A stretch of DNA of 64,000 bases, taken from contig CAMQHT010000002.1 in the NCBI GenBank assembly GCA_947001705.1, forward strand, positions 25,702 to 89,701, written 5' to 3'. The stretch comes from an uncultured Collinsella sp. (GTDB lineage: Bacteria > Actinomycetota > Coriobacteriia > Coriobacteriales > Coriobacteriaceae). The notes below the pieces were generated by a model. It did not search any database. It saw nothing but the letters and a program-made list of their open reading frames with translations, and was not told the DNA's origin. Positions 1-8,858 of this stretch are shown here, in pieces; within the stretch, counting starts at the first letter, position 1; each line of letters starts with the position of its first letter. The translations under genes and the position numbers were made by a program.

Positions 1-160
1 CCTCGACGAGCTTTTTTGCCCGTTACGTCGATAAAGAGGGGAACGGATGCCTTGAGCACACCCATCAGACGGGTAACGGCGAGGTTGCCGCCATCCCAGG
101 GCGGCTTCATGGGGTAGCGCCCGTACGCATCGAATTATTCCTCTCATAGATGTGCGGCAC

Positions 161-197
161 AAAGAGCCCCGAGTTCATACTGAGCTCGGGGCTCTTT
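161..197. terminator. Intrinsic terminator hairpin, probably bidirectional
   Basis: aaagagccccgag ... ctcggggctcttt inverted repeat with A and T runs on either side. Confidence 0.75.
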
Positions 198-222
198 TCG
201 TTTGGATTTCAGACGTATTGAC

Positions 223-356
223 AGACGAAAACAGTCTGCGTCCGGTATTGAGCCATACGAAAGCGAAATTATGCGTCTTAATTCCGTACGCAAATCAAGA
301 CGAAAACAGTTTGCGTCTTATATAAATCAGTACGCAAACGGTTTTCGTCTTATAAT
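223..356 (+). promoter_or_regulatory. Operator-like repeat cluster overlapping the promoter of the AlbA_2 gene
   Basis: agacgaaaacagt(c/t)tgcgtc at 223-242 and 298-317, inverted copy at 330-350, TATAAT at 351-356. Confidence 0.6.
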
Positions 357-366
357 ACGGTTATGA

Positions 367-1647
367 ATGGTACGAAACGAGGGGGTTGTGCATATGGTTG
401 TTAGAGAGAGCCCTACAGTCGAATACAAGGAAAGCGTTACGCCGACGTTTCTTAAAACGGTGAGCGCCTATGCAAACTACGGGACGGGCAAGATTGAGTT
501 TGGCGTTGATGACGAGGGCGTGGCTGTCGGCCTTGCAGATCCGGTCGCAGAGTGTCTCCGCATTGAGAACATGATTAATGACAGCTTGGATCCCGCTCCC
601 CGTTACACGCTCGAGTCCGATGAGAAACACGGGACCGTAATCCTTACGGTTTATGAGGGACAGGACAAACCCTATCGAAGCAAGGGAAAGGCCTACAGAC
701 GAAACGATTCGGCAACGGTGGAGGTCGACCGGTTTGAGTATGGCAGGCTGACGCTCGAAGGCAGCAACGTGACGTTCGACGCGCTCACGTCGGCTCGCCA
801 GGACTTGGGCTTTCATACGCTCGAGCATAAGTGTGTTGAACACCTCGGCATTTCCGAGCTAACGCCGGATATCATGCGTACGCTCCGCTTGCTCGGCAAG
901 GATGGCTATACCAATGCCGCGGCGATTTTAGCGGATAAGAATGATTTTCCAGGCATCGACTGCGTCCGTTTTGGCGATACCGAGGATGTGATCTTGGATC
1001 GCGAGGCGGCGACAAATGTATCCGCAATTGAGCAGGCGGACAGGGCGGTGGCTATGTTTGCACGCTACTACCGTTATGAGCGTATCGAAGGGATGGAGCG
1101 CGTCCAAACCGATCGAATTCCTCTTGAGGCATTCCGCGAAGCTGTTGCAAACGCTTTGGTGCATCGGACGTGGGACGTTCGAGCGAACGTTCAAATTGCC
1201 CTGTACGATGATCGTGTCGTTGTGACCTCCCCTGGATCGCTGCCCGCCGGGTTGACGACGGAACAATACCTGTATGGGCAGATATCCGTGCTCAGAAACC
1301 CCATCGTTGCAGAGGCCTTCTTAAAGCTGGATTACATCGAGAAATTTGGTACGGGAATCGCGCGCATTAGACGTGCCTATCGCGATTCGATCAATCAACC
1401 AATTTTTGATGTTCGCGGCGGCATGGTGGCCGTCACATTGCCCGTTACCGATGCCTTTGAAGGGTCCGAGGAAGAGGTCCAGGTTCTCAAGGCCTTGTCG
1501 GGCGGGCGAATTATGTCGCGAAGCGAGATTGAAAAACAGACGGGGCTGAGCCGCATGCGGACGTTGGCGGCACTCGAATCTCTGCTTGAACGGAATGCAA
1601 TCGTAAGGCAGGGAACCGGGCGGGCCACGAAATACGAGCGCTCATAG
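367..1647 (+). CDS. AlbA_2 (Schlafen-like) domain + RecG-C-like/HATPase_c_4 domain + C-terminal winged HTH protein
   Basis: ESPTVEYKE and FGVDDEG (AlbA_2); FREAVANALVHR, DDRVVVTSPGSLP, RNPIVAEAF..IEKFGTGI (HATPase_c_4); C-terminal HTH. True start may be 388 or 394. Confidence 0.85.
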   Translation: MVRNEGVVHMVVRESPTVEYKESVTPTFLKTVSAYANYGTGKIEFGVDDEGVAVGLADPVAECLRIENMINDSLDPAPRYTLESDEKHGTVILTVYEGQDKPYRSKGKAYRRNDSATVEVDRFEYGRLTLEGSNVTFDALTSARQDLGFHTLEHKCVEHLGISELTPDIMRTLRLLGKDGYTNAAAILADKNDFPGIDCVRFGDTEDVILDREAATNVSAIEQADRAVAMFARYYRYERIEGMERVQTDRIPLEAFREAVANALVHRTWDVRANVQIALYDDRVVVTSPGSLPAGLTTEQYLYGQISVLRNPIVAEAFLKLDYIEKFGTGIARIRRAYRDSINQPIFDVRGGMVAVTLPVTDAFEGSEEEVQVLKALSGGRIMSRSEIEKQTGLSRMRTLAALESLLERNAIVRQGTGRATKYERS

Positions 1648-1669
1648 TCCAAAAGAGCCATGGTACAAG

Positions 1670-1704
1670 ACGGACCCCAAGCCAGCGTTGGCTTGGGGTC
1701 CGTT
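1670..1704 (+). terminator. Terminator hairpin after the AlbA_2 gene
   Basis: acggaccccaagcca-gcgt-tggcttggggtccgt. Confidence 0.7.
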
Positions 1705-1740
1705 ATATCCCGGATGGTAACGGGCCGATTATTGTCAAGT

Positions 1741-1829
1741 TAAAGCAAAGTACAGCGACGTACAGCAAAGTATAGTGAGATATAGCAAGCCGTATAGCGC
1801 GCCTTGATTTTCAACCCTTGATTATCAAC
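1741..1829. repeat. 10-bp-periodic TAYAG repeats followed by a 14-bp direct repeat
   Basis: tacagcgacg tacagcaaag tatagtgaga tatagcaagc; ccttgattttcaac / ccttgattatcaac at 1802-1829. Confidence 0.55.
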
Positions 1830-1904
1830 CGTCCGTATTTCACAGCAACTTATAACAGGCTCGGGGTGCCAATTTGGGGTGCAGTAGTGCTGCGCCACGA
1901 AAAG

Positions 1905-2042
1905 GGCCTATCTACTACGTTTAAGCCGCAGGGGTCAACCATAGTCGGTTTTTTCGAAAATCGACAAGCTATCTACCTGCGGTTTTGTTTTCACGGTTTT
2001 CGGTATGGCCGAGGCTATCCGTGTTAACGTAGTAGATGGGCC
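1905..2042. repeat. About 140-bp element with terminal inverted repeats
   Basis: ggcctatctactacgtttaa (1905-1924) vs ttaacgtagtagatgggcc (2024-2042); inner ccgcagg/cctgcgg pair. Confidence 0.55.
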
Positions 2043-2188
2043 ACTTTTGTGGCAAGGGGGGCCGATCTGCGGGCCAGGGTAGCTAAAAGAGCCCCGTCCC
2101 AAAAAGACTGATTGGGAGCTGGGGCGTGTCGATGCGATAGTATTACGTGGTGATATTCGACAAACCGTGGGCTTCATCCGAGGGCTTT

Positions 2189-2881
2189 ATGGAACAGCAC
2201 CAGCATTATCAGAGCCTGCAAGATCAGGCATACAACGCACTGCGCTCTAAGATCATCTATGCCGAGCTCAGGCCCGGCACGCGCCTTTCGGCGATTGGTC
2301 TGGAAAAGGAGACGGGAATCGGGCGCACGCCCATTCGCGAGTCCTTTGTGCGCCTGCGTGAGCAGGAGCTAGTGGAAACGCGTCCCAAAAGCGGCACCTA
2401 TGTCTCAAAAATCAGCATGGAGCGCGCCGAGAACGCCTGTTTCTTGCGTGAGAAACTCGAGAGAAGCGTACTCATTAAATGTTGCTCTGCCGCCACGCCT
2501 GAGCAAAAACATCGGCTCGAGCAGATTCTTGCCGAGTCCGAGTCGCTCGACCATAGCGAAACGCGTCGCTTTTTCGATCTGGACAACCTATTCCACGAGA
2601 CGTGCTTTGAGATTGCCGGCCGCCACATGTTGTGGGATTGGATGAAGAGCGTCAATACGCATTTTGAGCGGTACAACTGGTTGCGTATGGTGTCGCAGGA
2701 TATGGATTGGGAGCCGATTCGTCGTCAGCATCGCCGGATTCTCGAGTCCATTAAGAGGGGCGATACCGACACGGCGAGCTATCTGGCAGAGACACACCTG
2801 CATCTGATGCCCGAGGAACAGGGACCGGTTATCGCCTTGCATCCCGACTATTTTGAGCTGCCTAAAGACTCGGCCATCTAA
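2189..2881 (+). CDS. GntR family transcriptional regulator (FCD domain)
   Basis: N-terminal wHTH LRPGTRLS..LEKETGIGRTPIRE..L..QELVETRPKSGTYV; FCD-type C-terminus; ATG at 2189 with RBS. Confidence 0.9.
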   Translation: MEQHQHYQSLQDQAYNALRSKIIYAELRPGTRLSAIGLEKETGIGRTPIRESFVRLREQELVETRPKSGTYVSKISMERAENACFLREKLERSVLIKCCSAATPEQKHRLEQILAESESLDHSETRRFFDLDNLFHETCFEIAGRHMLWDWMKSVNTHFERYNWLRMVSQDMDWEPIRRQHRRILESIKRGDTDTASYLAETHLHLMPEEQGPVIALHPDYFELPKDSAI

Positions 2882-2990
2882 CTCGTTCCCTACATTAGTT
2901 GCGGTTAAATAGGGGCTGTTTTGCGGCTTTGGCGGCGTAAGCAGTCCGTGTTTCACCGCAAGTGCGGGGGTGCAATCGGGGCATGAAAAG

Positions 2991-3257
2991 GCTGCGGCGC
3001 CGCTTGGAGGAAAAAACCGGAAGCAAGGGTCCATTCCTCCAGACGGCGCCGCAGCTGTTTTGGTGGCTCGGCTTTTGTCGAAGTGGCTCAGCTGGGCGCG
3101 ACTGCCAGCCGAGTAGGCAAAGCGGCTCGGGCGCGTGTCGCTTCCGTCACGTTCTATCAGCATACAAGACGGTTTTGGTTCTTGTTCGTGACGGAAACGG
3201 CGCGCTTCCGAGCCGCTTTAAAAGAAAGGGGGCGAGGTCTAGGGCACGCCCCCTTTC
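2991..3257. repeat. Intergenic cluster of long hairpins between convergent gntR and eda, including the eda terminator
   Basis: Inverted repeats at 2991-3055, 3121-3217 and 3224-3257 (gaaagggggcg/cgccccctttc). Confidence 0.6.
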
Positions 3258-3274
3258 ACGATAGAGAGCTAAAC

Positions 3275-3916
3275 CTAGCCGCGGACCTTCTTGACGACGT
3301 CCATGGCCTCGCGGGCAATCTGCTCGACCTTGGAGAAGTCGCCATCGGCGAACAGGGCGGGCTTGACCATCCAGGTGCCACCGCAGGCGATGATGGCGGA
3401 GGAGCTCAGGTACTCCTCGACGTTGGCAGTGCTCACGCCGCCGGTGGGCATAAAGCGATGGCCGACAAACGGAGCGGCGAGGGCCTTGATGGTGTTCAGG
3501 CCACCATACTGAGCCGCGGGGAAGAACTTGGTGACCTTGAGCCCCAGGTTCTCGGCGGCGGTAACCTCGGAGGGGGTCACGGTGCCGGGAAGGACGGGCA
3601 AGTCGATGTCGATGCAGTGCTTCACGACGTCCTCGTTGTAACCCGGGGAGACGATGAACTTGGCACCGGCGGCGCGGGCCTGCTCAACCTGCTCGACAGT
3701 CAGGACGGTGCCGGCGCCGACGCACATCTCGGGCTCGGCCTCAGCCATGGCGGCGATGCACTCGGCGGCGCAGGCGGTGCGGAAGGTGACCTCGGCGGAC
3801 TTCATGCCGGCAGACATAAGGGCGTGGGCGAGCGGTGCGGCGTCCTCGACCTTATCGAGCACGACGACCGGCACGATGCCCAGGGATTCAAGCGTGGTGT
3901 AGAACTGATCGAACAT
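3275..3916 (-). CDS. eda: KDPG/KHG aldolase
   Basis: GIVPVVV, EVTFRT, VGAGTV, FIVSPG, KFFPA, FMPTGG; ATG at 3916 with gaaagga RBS. Confidence 0.95.
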   Translation of the reverse strand: MFDQFYTTLESLGIVPVVVLDKVEDAAPLAHALMSAGMKSAEVTFRTACAAECIAAMAEAEPEMCVGAGTVLTVEQVEQARAAGAKFIVSPGYNEDVVKHCIDIDLPVLPGTVTPSEVTAAENLGLKVTKFFPAAQYGGLNTIKALAAPFVGHRFMPTGGVSTANVEEYLSSSAIIACGGTWMVKPALFADGDFSKVEQIAREAMDVVKKVRG

Positions 3917-4171
3917 AGTGTTCCTTTCGATGTGAGGCGCGCACGGGCGCGTGATTGCCAAAGAAGATTGGCCATGAGCCGGTTCCGGATTGGTTATCGG
4001 AGGCACTGCTTGGGTCACAAGCAATTTCGGAACCGGCTACGAGGCCAGTCGTGAAGGAATGCCAGACAAAACCGGAATGGGACTAAGTGGTTCTACCTGG
4101 CCGGAGGAATCGGGGAGCGGGCTGCAGGGGTATGGGTATGGAAAGCTGCAGTCCGCGGAATGGGGAACGAA

Positions 4172-5206
4172 TTAACGGGCGACGCGGGTGCCACCGTCGG
4201 CGGCGGATGCCACGGCTGCGATCTCGTCTGCGGTCACCAGGTTGGAATCGCCCTTGATGGTGAGCTTGAGGATCGAGGCCGCAATCGCGTAGTTGACGGC
4301 GTCTTGCGGGTCAAAGTCGTTGATGAGGGCATGGACGAGGCCGGCGTTGAAAGCGTCGCCGGCGGCAACGCCCTCGAGCACGTGCACGTCGTGAGCGGGG
4401 GAGAACCAGTGCTCGCCGCTCTCGGCGTCAAAGAGCATGCCCATCCAAATGGAGCGCTCGACGCAGGAGATGTTGCGGACGACCGAGGCGACCTTCTTGC
4501 AACCGTACTCGGCGCAGATCTGACGGGCCATCTCGACGTAGGTGTCGCGTTCCTCGATGCCGTGGGCAAGGGAGCCGGAGACGCAGGTCATACCGAGGCC
4601 GGCAGGAGCGTCCTCGTCGTTGGCAATGCAGATGTCAACGAGCGGCAGGAGTTCCTTCATGGTGGCCTGCGACTTCTCGGGCGACCACATCTTGCCGCGA
4701 TAGTTCACGTCGCACACGGTGGCGATGCCTTTGGCGCGGCAGGCGGTGAGGGCATCCTTGCAGGCGGCGGCCATCTCGTCGGAGACGGCGGGCGTCACGC
4801 CGGAGAAGTAGAAGACATCGACACCCTTGAGGATCTCATCCCAGTCAAAGACGTCGCGCTTGGCCATGTTGATGGCAGAGTACTTGCGGTCGTAGACGCA
4901 GCCGTTGCCGCGCTGCGAGGCGCCGACCTCAAACACATAGGAGCCAAGACGGTCGCCCTGGCGCACGACGCGCGAGGTATCGACGTCGTAGACCTTCAGC
5001 GAACGCAGGGCGCACTCGCCCAGACGGTTGGCCGGGACAACGGAGACGTAAGCTGCCTTGTCACCCTGGTAGGCCAGGGAAAGCGCGGTGTTGGCTTCGG
5101 CGCCGCCGTAGCGGACATCAAACTCGGTCGCCTGCTCAATGCGCAGATGATCTTTGGGCGAGAGCCTCATCATGATCTCGCCGAAGGTAAGAACCGTTTT
5201 ACCCAT
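4172..5206 (-). CDS. kdgK: 2-keto-3-deoxygluconate kinase (PfkB family)
   Basis: TFGEIMMRL, GGAEANTA, DVNYRGKMWS, AAGDAFNAG; adjacent to eda; ATG at 5206 with RBS. Confidence 0.9.
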   Translation of the reverse strand: MGKTVLTFGEIMMRLSPKDHLRIEQATEFDVRYGGAEANTALSLAYQGDKAAYVSVVPANRLGECALRSLKVYDVDTSRVVRQGDRLGSYVFEVGASQRGNGCVYDRKYSAINMAKRDVFDWDEILKGVDVFYFSGVTPAVSDEMAAACKDALTACRAKGIATVCDVNYRGKMWSPEKSQATMKELLPLVDICIANDEDAPAGLGMTCVSGSLAHGIEERDTYVEMARQICAEYGCKKVASVVRNISCVERSIWMGMLFDAESGEHWFSPAHDVHVLEGVAAGDAFNAGLVHALINDFDPQDAVNYAIAASILKLTIKGDSNLVTADEIAAVASAADGGTRVAR

Positions 5207-5249
5207 GGTCGCGCAGCTCCTTCTTGCTCGTGCGTACACCTTTGATATG

Positions 5250-5307
5250 GCGTTGGCACGGAGGTGCCAAGACGGTAGGGTACATCTTTGCACCTCCGTG
5301 CCAACGC
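5250..5307. repeat. 23-bp-arm hairpin in the kdgK leader
   Basis: gcgttggcacggaggtgccaaga / tctttgcacctccgtgccaacgc, 22 of 23 positions complementary. Confidence 0.7.
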
Positions 5308-5311
5308 TTGC

Positions 5312-5376
5312 CGAAATCGGTTTACGAAATCGGTTTCGTTTCGAGTTGTAGTATACTCATCTACAACGTTTTGCAA
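5312..5376. promoter_or_regulatory. Tandem LacI-type operators and the kdgK promoter
   Basis: cgaaatcggttt twice (5312-5338); minus-strand TTGCAA (5371-5376) and TATACT (5349-5354). Confidence 0.6.
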
Positions 5377-5441
5377 GCGAGATTTTTAAAAAAATGCCTA
5401 AAATGGCTCAGACTGCCGACAATTGGGAAACGGGGTGCGCT

Positions 5442-6464
5442 ATGGCGCAGATGAGGATTAAGGACATTGCTGCCGAGGCGGGCGTGAGCCCGGCCACGGT
5501 CTCGCGCTATCTCAACAACCGCCCTGGGCAGATGACCGAGGAAACCCGTGCTCGCATCGCGGCAGTTATCGAGCGCACCGGCTATCGTCCACGTGCCGCC
5601 GCGCGCAATCTGCGCAGCTCGCGTACCAACCTCATCGGCGTGATCTTGGCCGACATTGCTAACCCGTTCTCCAGCGCCATGCTCGAAGGGCTTTCCGCCA
5701 GCGCCGCCGCGCGCGGCTGCTCGCTCATGACGGCCATTAGCGGCAACGACCCCGCCAAGGAGGCAGAGTCGCTCACCAGACTTATCGATGCCGGCGTGGA
5801 CGGCCTGGTCGTCAATACCTGCGGAGGCAACGACAAGGCGATCGCCGAGGCTGCGGGACGCCTGCCCGTCGTGCTGCTCGACCGCGATGTTGCCGACGGC
5901 GGTGTCGATCTGGTGACCTCCAACAACCGTGAGCTGGTCGCCGGCCTGGTAGACGCCTTGGCCTCTGCGGGCAGCGAGCGCCTGTGCCTGCTCACCGAGG
6001 CAAGCGACGACAGCCCCGTGCGTCGCGAACGCGCCGAGGCGTTTGCCGACGAGCTTTCGCGCCGCGGTCTTGCGGGCGAGGTCGTCACCCTGGCCGACGG
6101 TGGCGTCGAGGGTGTCAGTCGCCTGGACGAGACCATCCGCGGCTATGCGGGTAAAAAGCTCGGCCTCATTGCCGTCAACGGTCTGGTCTTCCTGCGCCTG
6201 ACCGAGGCGCTGGCACAGTTGGGACCTTCGTTGCCGGCGGGTCTCAAGATCGCAACGTTTGACGACTATCCCTGGAACCACGTGCTCTTTGGCGGTGTGA
6301 CCACGGCAGCGCAGGACACTCTTACCATTGCCGAGCGCGTAGTCGAGCGTCTGTCCGAACGCATCGACATCGTTACCACTACGGTGGGCGATGCCGCAAA
6401 GCTCGCCCCCAAGCGCATCGAGATCCCCGGCCACATCGAACACCGCGCCTCGACCTTACGCTAG
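5442..6464 (+). CDS. LacI family regulator, divergent from kdgK-eda (KdgR-like role)
   Basis: IKDIAAEAGVSPATVSRYLN, hinge AARNLR, periplasmic-binding-like C-terminal domain. Confidence 0.93.
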   Translation: MAQMRIKDIAAEAGVSPATVSRYLNNRPGQMTEETRARIAAVIERTGYRPRAAARNLRSSRTNLIGVILADIANPFSSAMLEGLSASAAARGCSLMTAISGNDPAKEAESLTRLIDAGVDGLVVNTCGGNDKAIAEAAGRLPVVLLDRDVADGGVDLVTSNNRELVAGLVDALASAGSERLCLLTEASDDSPVRRERAEAFADELSRRGLAGEVVTLADGGVEGVSRLDETIRGYAGKKLGLIAVNGLVFLRLTEALAQLGPSLPAGLKIATFDDYPWNHVLFGGVTTAAQDTLTIAERVVERLSERIDIVTTTVGDAAKLAPKRIEIPGHIEHRASTLR

Positions 6465-6518
6465 CCGCTCGTTCGCAACGGTCTGCTCGCGCACGTTTTT
6501 TTGAGCGCTTGATACGCT

Positions 6519-6534
6519 TTAACCCTGCGGAAAC
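6519..6534 (+). promoter_or_regulatory. GlnR-like box upstream of the glnA homologue
   Basis: ttaac-cctgcg-gaaac fits the actinobacterial GlnR a-site/N6/b-site layout; a similar site is at 63590. Confidence 0.6.
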
Positions 6535-6599
6535 ATTTTTCTGCGATAGTATCTGCGATATAGACCAGTCGAAACCCGCCCGAAAGAAAGGGGAGCGAC

Positions 6600-7937
6600 A
6601 TGAACCAGCAGAACATCGATTACGTACTCCGCTCCGTAGAGCAGCGTGATATCCGCTTTGTGCGTCTGTGGTTTGTCGACATTCTCGGCCGCCTCAAAAA
6701 CTTTGCTATTAGCCCCGAGGACCTCGAGGTCGCTTTTGAGGAGGGCATTGGCTTTGACGGCTCGGCCATCGAGGGCTTTGCCACGCCCGAGGAAGCCGAC
6801 ATGCTGGCGTTCCCTGATGCCTCGACCTTCCAGATTTTGCCGTGGCGTCCGAGCCACAACGGCGTCGCCCGTGTGTTTTGCGACGTATGCACCCCCGATT
6901 GCAAGCCCTTCGCCGGCGACCCGCGCGATGCCCTGCGCCGCATGTTCCACAAGGCCGAGAAGGCCGGCTACCTACTCAACGTTGGTGCCGAGCTGGAGTA
7001 TTACTACTTCCCCGACGAGCACACGCCCGAGCCGCTCGACAACGTGGGCTACTTCGATCTTTCGGTGAGCGATGCCGCCCGCGACCTGCGCCGCAACACG
7101 GTCCTCACGCTCGAGAAGATGTCCGTGCCCGTGGAGTACACCTTCCACGCCGCCGGTCGCTCGCAGCACGGCATGAGCCTGCGCCACGCCGAGGCCCTGA
7201 GCATGTCCGACGCCATCACCACGGCCAAGCTCATCATTAAGCAGCAGGCTTACGAGAGCGGTTGCCACGCCTCCTTTATGCCCAAGCCGTTGGCAGGCGA
7301 AGACGGCAGCGCTATGTTCCTGTGCCAGTCGCTATTCGACCACGACGGCAACAACGTCTTTTGGGGCGAGGACGACGAGAAGTACCACCTCTCCGATATC
7401 GCCAAGCACTACATGGCCGGCATCCTGGCGCACGCGCGCGAGATCAGCGCCATCACCAACCCCACGGTCAACTCGTACAAGCGCATTACCACGGGCGGCG
7501 ACTCCGTGCCGCAGTACGCCACGTGGGGCCTGCGCAACCGCGCGAGTATGGTCCGCATTCCGGTCTACAAGCCCGGCAAGCAGCTGTCCACGCGCATCGA
7601 GCTGCGCAGTCCCGATCCCATGGCCAACCCGTACCTGGTCAACGCCGTCACGCTGGCGGCTGGTCTGGACGGCATCGAGCGCAAGCTGGAGCTCCCGCCC
7701 GAGGCCACGGCCGAGACACTCAAGCTTACCGACCGTCAGATGGTTGAGGCCGGCTATACGCCGCTGCCGCGCTCGCTCAAAGAGGCGCTCGACGTGTTTG
7801 AGGACTCGCAGTTTATGAAGGATGCCCTCGGCGAGCACATCCACAGCTTCTTCCTCAAAAAGAAGCGCGACGAATGGCATAAGTTTGAGTCCACGATCAC
7901 CGAGTGGGAGATCAAGCACTACCTGGCGAACTCCTAA
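6600..7937 (+). CDS. glnA: Type I glutamine synthetase homologue with a degenerate active site (probable pseudo-enzyme)
   Basis: Full-length GS-I fold (FDGSAIEGF, ELEYY, FMPKP, NSYKR, RIELRSPDP), but HHEV..GQHE reads FHAA..SQHG and NGSGMH reads DGSAMF. Confidence 0.88.
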   Translation: MNQQNIDYVLRSVEQRDIRFVRLWFVDILGRLKNFAISPEDLEVAFEEGIGFDGSAIEGFATPEEADMLAFPDASTFQILPWRPSHNGVARVFCDVCTPDCKPFAGDPRDALRRMFHKAEKAGYLLNVGAELEYYYFPDEHTPEPLDNVGYFDLSVSDAARDLRRNTVLTLEKMSVPVEYTFHAAGRSQHGMSLRHAEALSMSDAITTAKLIIKQQAYESGCHASFMPKPLAGEDGSAMFLCQSLFDHDGNNVFWGEDDEKYHLSDIAKHYMAGILAHAREISAITNPTVNSYKRITTGGDSVPQYATWGLRNRASMVRIPVYKPGKQLSTRIELRSPDPMANPYLVNAVTLAAGLDGIERKLELPPEATAETLKLTDRQMVEAGYTPLPRSLKEALDVFEDSQFMKDALGEHIHSFFLKKKRDEWHKFESTITEWEIKHYLANS

Positions 7938-7987
7938 TCACGCTGGCTTGTTCCAGTACGATTGAGCTCATTTCCTTGGAGGCCGAT

Positions 7988-8650
7988 ATGTCCGAAAAGA
8001 GTGCCCTGTTCATGGCGCGCACGACGCGCTTCCACGAGTTTGCCCGCAGCTTGACGACTACCCTGGGTGTCGAGGTGAGCCTGGCAACCCCTGATTCGCC
8101 AACTGCGGCGCACGACTTTGACCTGCTGATTCTCGATTCCGATGGCATCCGCAGCGACCGCATCGATCAGATTGCCAAGTGGCTTGACGACCGCGGCGGC
8201 GTTCCCATGCTGGTGATCGTCGACGACGAGGCGCTCGGCACCCTGCGCCTGCCGAATCACGCGCATGCCGACTTTGTATGCCCCACGGCGACGCCCAACG
8301 AGCTCAAGGCTCGCGCGCAGCGCCTGATGGGCGAGGAGGAGACCGTCACCGCCGACGATGTGCTCAACATCGATAACCTCGAGATCAACCTGGCTACCTA
8401 CCAGGTGACGCTCGATAACGAGCCCATCGACCTGACGCTGATGGAGTACTCGCTGCTGAGCTTTTTGGCGACGCACCCCAACCGCGCCTACAGCCGCGAG
8501 GTGCTGCTGCACCGCGTGTGGGGCTTTGAGTACTGCGGCGGCACGCGCACCGTCGACGTGCACATCCGACGCATCCGCTCCAAGGTGGGCCCGCAGATCG
8601 CGGCACACATCACCACCGTCCGCGGCGTGGGCTATCTGTTTAAGGACTAG
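7988..8650 (+). CDS. glnR: GlnR-like orphan OmpR-family response regulator
   Basis: wHTH DLTLMEYSLL..SREVLLHRVWGFEYCGGTRTVDVHIRRIRSK matches actinobacterial GlnR; atypical receiver; no kinase nearby; follows the glnA homologue. Confidence 0.75.
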   Translation: MSEKSALFMARTTRFHEFARSLTTTLGVEVSLATPDSPTAAHDFDLLILDSDGIRSDRIDQIAKWLDDRGGVPMLVIVDDEALGTLRLPNHAHADFVCPTATPNELKARAQRLMGEEETVTADDVLNIDNLEINLATYQVTLDNEPIDLTLMEYSLLSFLATHPNRAYSREVLLHRVWGFEYCGGTRTVDVHIRRIRSKVGPQIAAHITTVRGVGYLFKD

Positions 8651-8654
8651 ATTT

Positions 8655-8687
8655 CCACCACAAAGGGGACAGGCACCTTTGTGGTGG
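8655..8687. repeat. REP-like palindrome, class A
   Basis: ccaccacaaagg-ggacaggca-cctttgtggtgg; further copies at 21752, 23343, 24306 and 33341. Confidence 0.85.
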
Positions 8688-8858
8688 TTTTGACGCAGGT
8701 GCGGGTTTCTTTCGAGTTTGCAGCAGAACTTAAGCCTTCCTAAAAGATTGCGTTCTCGTACACGTACGCCCGCATATTGGGGTACAACTCAACGTGAACA
8801 ATGATGGCCCGCCACATGTTTGGCGGGCCTTTGGTTATTTGACGAAAGGATCGCAGCT

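Noticed and set aside
1-149. 3' end of a gene entering the window (frame 3, stop at 147-149, before a terminator)
   Set aside because: Too short to assign; no recognisable motif and the frame is ambiguous
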